DNA of 45,623 nucleotides from a virus. Taxonomy: Duplodnaviria; Heunggongvirae; Uroviricota; Caudoviricetes. The translations under genes and the position numbers were made by a program. The notes beneath the pieces were generated by a model that ran no database searches, was not told where the DNA came from, and saw only the letters and a list, made by a program, of their open reading frames with translations. Positions 40,958-45,623 of this stretch are shown piece after piece. Location: IMG/VR virus record IMGVR_UViG_2537561936_000015; one strand, given 5' to 3'. The stretch's first letter is position 1, and each line of letters begins with the position of its first letter.

Positions 40958-43870
40958 ATGGCAGTACTGATTTCAGGTGTACTGAAAGACGGTGCAGGTA
41001 AGCCGATACAAAACTGCACCATTCAGCTAAAGGCCAGGCGCAACAGCACCACGGTGGTGGTGAACACAGTGGCCTCAGAAAATCCGGATGAAGCCGGGCG
41101 TTATACAATGGACGTCGAGTATGGTCAGTACAGCGTCAGTCTGTTGGTGGAGGGGTTCCCGCCGTCACACGCCGGGATTATCACCGTATATGAGGACTCA
41201 AAGCCTGGCACACTGAATGATTTCCTCGGTGCAATGACGGAGGATGATGCCCGTCCGGAGGCACTGCGCCGTTTTGAGCTGATGGTGGAAGAGGTGGCGC
41301 GTAACGCCTCCGCGGTGGCACAGAACACGGCAGCCGCGAAGAAGTCAGCCAGCGATGCCAGCACATCAGCCCGTGAGGCGGCAACCCGTGCGACTGATGC
41401 TGCAGGCTCAGCACGTGCCGCCAGCACGTCAGCCGGACAGGCCGCGTCGTCGGCTCAGTCAGCGTCTTCCAGCGCAGGAACGGCATCGACAAAGGCCAGT
41501 GAAGCAGCGAAAAGTGCTGCTGCTGCAGAGTCATCAAAAAGCGCGGCAGCCACCAGTGCCGGTGCGGCGAAAACGTCAGAAACGAATGCTGCAGCGTCAC
41601 AAAAATCTGCAGCCGCTTCTGCATCCACCGCGACCATGAAGGCGTCAGAAGCTGCCACCTCGGCACGGGATGCGGCTGCCTCAAAAGAGGCAGCAAAATC
41701 ATCAGAAACGAATGCATCATCAAGTGCCAGTAGTGCAGCTTCCTCGGCAACGGCGGCAGGCAATTCCGCGAAGACGGCAAAGACGGCTGAGACAAACGCT
41801 AAGTCTTCTGAAACGGCAGCAGCACAGAGTGCCTCCGCAGCAGCGGGCTCAAAAACAGCGGCTGCATCGTCGGCCAGTGCCGCGTCAACAAGTGCCGGGC
41901 AGGCCTCAGCCAGTGCCACCGCCGCCGGAAAATCGGCAGAAAGCGCCGCATCATCCGCTTCAACAGCCACAACGAAGGCTGGCGAAGCCACTGAGCAAGC
42001 CACTGCAGCAGCGAGGTCTGCTTCTGCAGCAAAAACCTCTGAAACAAATGCAAAGACTTCAGCAGACAATGCTGCTTCCTCTAAGGCGGCAGCCGCATCG
42101 TCCGCTGGTTCAGCGGCGTCATCGGCATCATCTGCGTCTGCTTCAAAAGATGAGGCGACCAGACAAGCGTCAGCAGCGAAAGGTAGTGCCACGACAGCAA
42201 CAACGAAAGCATCAGAGGCGGCAGGCAGTGCGACGGCTGCATCTCAGAGCAAAGTTGCTGCTGAATCCGCGGCAACGCGTGCCGAAACAGCGGCAAAACG
42301 GGCAGAGGATATTGCTGATGCCGTATCTCTGGAAGATGCGAGCACGACGAAAAAAGGTGTGGTTCAGCTCAGCAGCGCGACCAACAGCACTTCCGAGTCA
42401 CTGGCGGCAACACCAAAGGCAGTAAAGGCAGCATATGATCTTGCTAACGCAAAATATACCGCTCAGGACGCCACGACGGCACGAAAAGGGGTAGTTCAGC
42501 TCAGTAGCGCCACTAACAGCCCGTCTGAAACGCTGGCTGCGACACCAAAAGCGGTTAAGGCGGTAATGGATGAAACGAACAAGAAAGCGCCTTTAAACAG
42601 TCCTGCGCTGACCGGAACGCCAACAACGCCAACTGCGCCAAAAGGGACTAATAATACTCAGATCGCAAGCACGGCTTATGTGATGGCCGCGATTGCCGCA
42701 CTTGTAGACTCGTCGCCTGACGCACTGAATACGCTGAACGAGCTGGCGGCGGCGCTGGGAAACGACCCGAATTTTGCGACCACCATGACTAACGCGCTTG
42801 CGGGTAAGCAACCGAAAGATGCCACCCTGACGGCGCTGGCCGGGCTTGCTACTGCGGCAGACAGGTTTCCGTATTTTACGGGGAATGATGTCGCCAGCCT
42901 GGCAACCCTGACAAAAGTCGGGCGGGATATTCTTGCGAAATCGACCGTTGCCGCTGTTATCGAATACCTCGGTTTACAGGAAACGGTAAACAAGGCTGGT
43001 AACGCCGTTCAGCGTTCCGGTGATAAAATGACCGGAGAACTGAAAATTGGCACGGTGAATGCGCTGCGAATTTTCAATGATGCCTTCGGTCTTATTTTCC
43101 GTCGTTCAGAAGATTTTCTTCATTTCATTCCGACGGCTGAAGGACAAGGCGAAAACGGTGATATCGGCCCATTAAGGCCATTCGCTATAAATCTGAGAAC
43201 AGGTGCTATATCTGTCAGCCACGGGGCCAAAATTGAAGGAGGTCTAGCTATTGGAGCTACTGATAACGCACTGGGTGAAAACTCCATTGTTCTGGGAGAT
43301 AACGACACCGGATTTAGGCAAGATGGAGATGGTTTTATTAGCTTCTTTTCAAATGGTTCGCGCATAGGACATATTGATGAGTTAGGATTACATATTTATA
43401 AAGATATTGAATCTAATGGCAGCAATTTTAGATTAAAAGGTAATTACCGCCACCACATTACATTCGCCAACGAAGACGGAAGTATTCGTATGTTTTTGTG
43501 GAAAGATAAAGATGGTGATGGTGTTCATATTAATAATGGTTCAAGCGGTGGCGGTGATTTCGTTTTTAAAACAGATGGGGGATTTGCGCTGGGAAGTGGT
43601 GCGCAAGTTGCGTCTAATGGCGATATTTATGGTTCAGTGTGGGAAAACAACTGGTTAAGCGCATGGCTGCATAATCATGTCGTTCGGGATATTCGTCTTG
43701 GCAGCATTGAATATAAAAACGTATGGCGCGACTCCGGCTTTGGCGATGCGTCAGGTTATGTTTTAACAGCCGCAATTAACAGCAATGCGGATGATATTGT
43801 CGACACTGTTGCCAGAAGGCCAATTCAGAAATTGATTGGGGGAATATGGTATAACGTGGGGAGTGTTTAA
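40958..43870 (+). CDS. stf: Side tail fibre protein Stf with Ala/Ser-rich repeat shaft and exchangeable C-terminal tip
   Basis: 970-aa from [49 protein letters not shown].. recognised as lambda Stf N-terminus; C-terminal ~300 aa AT-rich and non-lambda. Confidence 0.9.
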   Translation: MAVLISGVLKDGAGKPIQNCTIQLKARRNSTTVVVNTVASENPDEAGRYTMDVEYGQYSVSLLVEGFPPSHAGIITVYEDSKPGTLNDFLGAMTEDDARPEALRRFELMVEEVARNASAVAQNTAAAKKSASDASTSAREAATRATDAAGSARAASTSAGQAASSAQSASSSAGTASTKASEAAKSAAAAESSKSAAATSAGAAKTSETNAAASQKSAAASASTATMKASEAATSARDAAASKEAAKSSETNASSSASSAASSATAAGNSAKTAKTAETNAKSSETAAAQSASAAAGSKTAAASSASAASTSAGQASASATAAGKSAESAASSASTATTKAGEATEQATAAARSASAAKTSETNAKTSADNAASSKAAAASSAGSAASSASSASASKDEATRQASAAKGSATTATTKASEAAGSATAASQSKVAAESAATRAETAAKRAEDIADAVSLEDASTTKKGVVQLSSATNSTSESLAATPKAVKAAYDLANAKYTAQDATTARKGVVQLSSATNSPSETLAATPKAVKAVMDETNKKAPLNSPALTGTPTTPTAPKGTNNTQIASTAYVMAAIAALVDSSPDALNTLNELAAALGNDPNFATTMTNALAGKQPKDATLTALAGLATAADRFPYFTGNDVASLATLTKVGRDILAKSTVAAVIEYLGLQETVNKAGNAVQRSGDKMTGELKIGTVNALRIFNDAFGLIFRRSEDFLHFIPTAEGQGENGDIGPLRPFAINLRTGAISVSHGAKIEGGLAIGATDNALGENSIVLGDNDTGFRQDGDGFISFFSNGSRIGHIDELGLHIYKDIESNGSNFRLKGNYRHHITFANEDGSIRMFLWKDKDGDGVHINNGSSGGGDFVFKTDGGFALGSGAQVASNGDIYGSVWENNWLSAWLHNHVVRDIRLGSIEYKNVWRDSGFGDASGYVLTAAINSNADDIVDTVARRPIQKLIGGIWYNVGSV
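42957..42982. promoter_or_regulatory. Gin/Pin/Cin-type DNA invertase crossover site (gix-like) inside stf
   Basis: TTATCGAATACCTCGGTTTACAGGAA; reverse complement matches Mu gix (TTCCTGTAAACCGAGGTTTTGGATAA, from memory) at 23 of 26 positions; encodes ..IEYLGLQE.. Confidence 0.6.
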
Positions 43871-43871
43871 G

Positions 43872-44399
43872 ATGATGCACCTGAAAAATATTAAGGCCGG
43901 GAATCCGAAAACAAAAGAGCAATACCAGCTAACTAAAAAAGCGGGCGTGGTATGGCTCTTTTGCGAAGATGGCAAAAACTGGTATGAGGAACAAAAGAAT
44001 TTTCAGCCAGACACCATAAAAATTGCTTACGATGAGAACAACATCATCGTTGCTGTCAGTAAAGACGTTTCAACTATTAATCCTGAAGGGCTAAGCATAG
44101 TTGAAGTTCCTGATATTACGGCAAATCGTCGCGCAGACAATAACGGAAAATGGATGTTTCTGGATGGTAAAGTAGTAAAGAGGGAATATACAGAACAGGA
44201 ACTGCAACAACAGGCCGAATCACAAAAGGCCGCATTGCTTTCCGAAGCTGAATCAGTCATCCAGCCGCTGGAACGCGCTGTCAGGCTGAATATGGCAACA
44301 GACGAGGAACGCACACGACTGGAAGCATGGGAACGCTACAGTGTTCTGGTCAGCCGTGTGGATACGGCAAATCCTGAATGGCCACAAAAGCCTGAATAA
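43872..44399 (+). CDS. tfa: Tail fibre assembly protein Tfa
   Basis: 175-aa [48 protein letters not shown].. Confidence 0.85.
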   Translation: MMHLKNIKAGNPKTKEQYQLTKKAGVVWLFCEDGKNWYEEQKNFQPDTIKIAYDENNIIVAVSKDVSTINPEGLSIVEVPDITANRRADNNGKWMFLDGKVVKREYTEQELQQQAESQKAALLSEAESVIQPLERAVRLNMATDEERTRLEAWERYSVLVSRVDTANPEWPQKPE

Positions 44400-44405
44400 A
44401 AATTA

Positions 44406-44422
44406 AGGCCCGATAGCGGGCC
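44406..44422. terminator. Hairpin AGGCCCG-atag-CGGGCCT between convergent tfa genes (putative bidirectional terminator)
   Basis: 7-bp perfect stem between stop codons at 44399 and 44428. Confidence 0.4.
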
Positions 44423-44427
44423 TCGTC

Positions 44428-44961
44428 TCATTCAGGTTGTTCGGGAAATGTTACTGGCAGGCTGGAGGTGTCTGTAGATTCGACTTTCTGCGCATAGAGC
44501 ATCCACTCGGTTAATTTTTGTTTATTCTCGTCGGAAATGATGCCCAGCCGTAGCTGTGAGTCCCATAGCTGGGTTTTATCCCTGACAAGTTGCAACAGGC
44601 TTTGCTTTTCATTCTCTGCCTGCTGCCTCTGTTCCTCTTCGGTATAAGTTCGCTTTATCACTACGCCATCTTTGAACATCCATTTACCCGAAATATCAGC
44701 CCGGCGATTTGCTGTAATATCAGGTAATTCAACGACGCTTGCGCCTTCCGGATTAATTGCTGAAACATCCTTTTCAATACAAATAATAACGCCGTTATGG
44801 TCATAGGCCATTTTCAATGTGTCTGGCCGGAAATTCTTTTGTTCCTCATACCAGTTTTTTCCATTGTCTGAATAAAGCCATTTGATGTTAAATTGCTTTG
44901 TTAGCTGGTATTGCTCTTTTGTTTTAGGATTGCCAGCAGTAATGTTTTTTAAGTGCATCAT
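44428..44961 (-). CDS. Alternative tail fibre assembly protein Tfa' (inverted orientation)
   Basis: 177-aa [48 protein letters not shown].., paralogous to tfa at 43872-44399 on the opposite strand. Confidence 0.8.
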   Translation of the reverse strand: MMHLKNITAGNPKTKEQYQLTKQFNIKWLYSDNGKNWYEEQKNFRPDTLKMAYDHNGVIICIEKDVSAINPEGASVVELPDITANRRADISGKWMFKDGVVIKRTYTEEEQRQQAENEKQSLLQLVRDKTQLWDSQLRLGIISDENKQKLTEWMLYAQKVESTDTSSLPVTFPEQPE

Positions 44962-44963
44962 AA

Positions 44964-45623
44964 TTAAATACTCCCTGCGTTATACCACGTTCCATTAATG
45001 CAATACTGAATTGGCCTTGCCTGAGTTGTATCAATTAATTCATCACGGTTTCCGTTAACTGAACCCGTAACGACATAACCTGACCTGTCAGACCAGCCGG
45101 GACCATTCCATGTCTGAACAGATGACAGACCGCCCAGACGAATACCTGTAATAAACTTTGAGTTACATTCCGCTTTGGTATATGCACCAACATCCCCCGC
45201 AGAGGGTTTGTAGGTTGTGGTGTAAAACGCTGACCAGTTATCTTCAAAGCCATAACCATCACGCGCTGAACGATAAAGGATACCGCCGTTCCTGTAATTC
45301 ACACGGAACTGTACGGCAGGGCAACTCCCCGTATTCATATTGAAGTGGAGTATTAATGCTGTTGCGCCTTTGATATCTGCATCATAAACACCGCTATTCC
45401 AGTTCCAGCCAACAGCTTTATCATTTGCAACCCTGCTTCCTGTTTGCCCTAAAGCAAATGCAGGCTGCTGGTTTTTCGTGTTGTAGTCTCGTCGCCAGCC
45501 AGGAGCATAAGCATCACCATGATTAATATAGGTGAATTGAGCGTTAGTAATTCCGCCGCCGCTGGACGTACTCGCCGTAGTAACGCGTATGGTCATTGCG
45601 CCGCGAGTGCCAATAACTTCCAC
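44964..45623 (-). CDS. Alternative side tail fibre C-terminal domain (inverted orientation; 5' end beyond window)
   Basis: Open to window edge; C-terminus ..RDELIDTTQARPIQYCINGTWYNAGSI parallels stf C-terminus ..[26 protein letters not shown]. Confidence 0.75.
   Translation of the reverse strand: MEVIGTRGAMTIRVTTASTSSGGGITNAQFTYINHGDAYAPGWRRDYNTKNQQPAFALGQTGSRVANDKAVGWNWNSGVYDADIKGATALILHFNMNTGSCPAVQFRVNYRNGGILYRSARDGYGFEDNWSAFYTTTYKPSAGDVGAYTKAECNSKFITGIRLGGLSSVQTWNGPGWSDRSGYVVTGSVNGNRDELIDTTQARPIQYCINGTWYNAGSI

Noticed and set aside
41455-42425. 245-aa minus-strand and 251-aa plus-strand ORFs
   Set aside because: Alternative frames of the Ala/Ser-rich repeat region of stf; low-complexity artefacts

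Overview
The window is almost entirely one lambda-family (lambdoid) prophage integrated at the E. coli lambda attachment site, starting at host ybhC and attL (core GCTTTTTTATACTAA at 1331-1345) and running through int-xis, the early-left recombination genes, the immunity region, replication genes, a nin/Q/lysis region, cos, the full head and tail gene set, lom and the side tail fibre genes. It is a mosaic: int, xis, exo, bet, gam, P, ren, cos and Nu1 through J read as phage lambda itself, while the immunity region is non-lambda (LexA-like repressor, YdaS-like Cro, no recognisable N or cII) and the nin-Q-lysis segment is DLP12/phage-21-like (emrE, ybcK, ybcN, ninE, ybcO, rusA, quuD, nmpC, essD, rrrD, rzpD/rzoD, ybcV). 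All identifications are from reading the sequence and from memory of these families; no database search was run. The best candidates for something undescribed are an unrecognised two-gene cargo in the nin-region island (a 107-aa ORF plus a 260-aa protein with an HNH-like zinc-finger nuclease N-terminus, 13486-14766) and an AT-rich, oppositely oriented gene for a 3-TM membrane protein near int/xis (3135-3737). Other notable points: an ORF-free structured leader downstream of PL where N would be expected; an in-frame TAA at codon 16 of major capsid gene E; tail assembly gene I split across two reading frames; and a Gin/Pin-type crossover site inside stf followed by a second, inverted tfa/fibre-tip set, indicating an invertible tail-fibre segment whose far end and invertase lie beyond the window.
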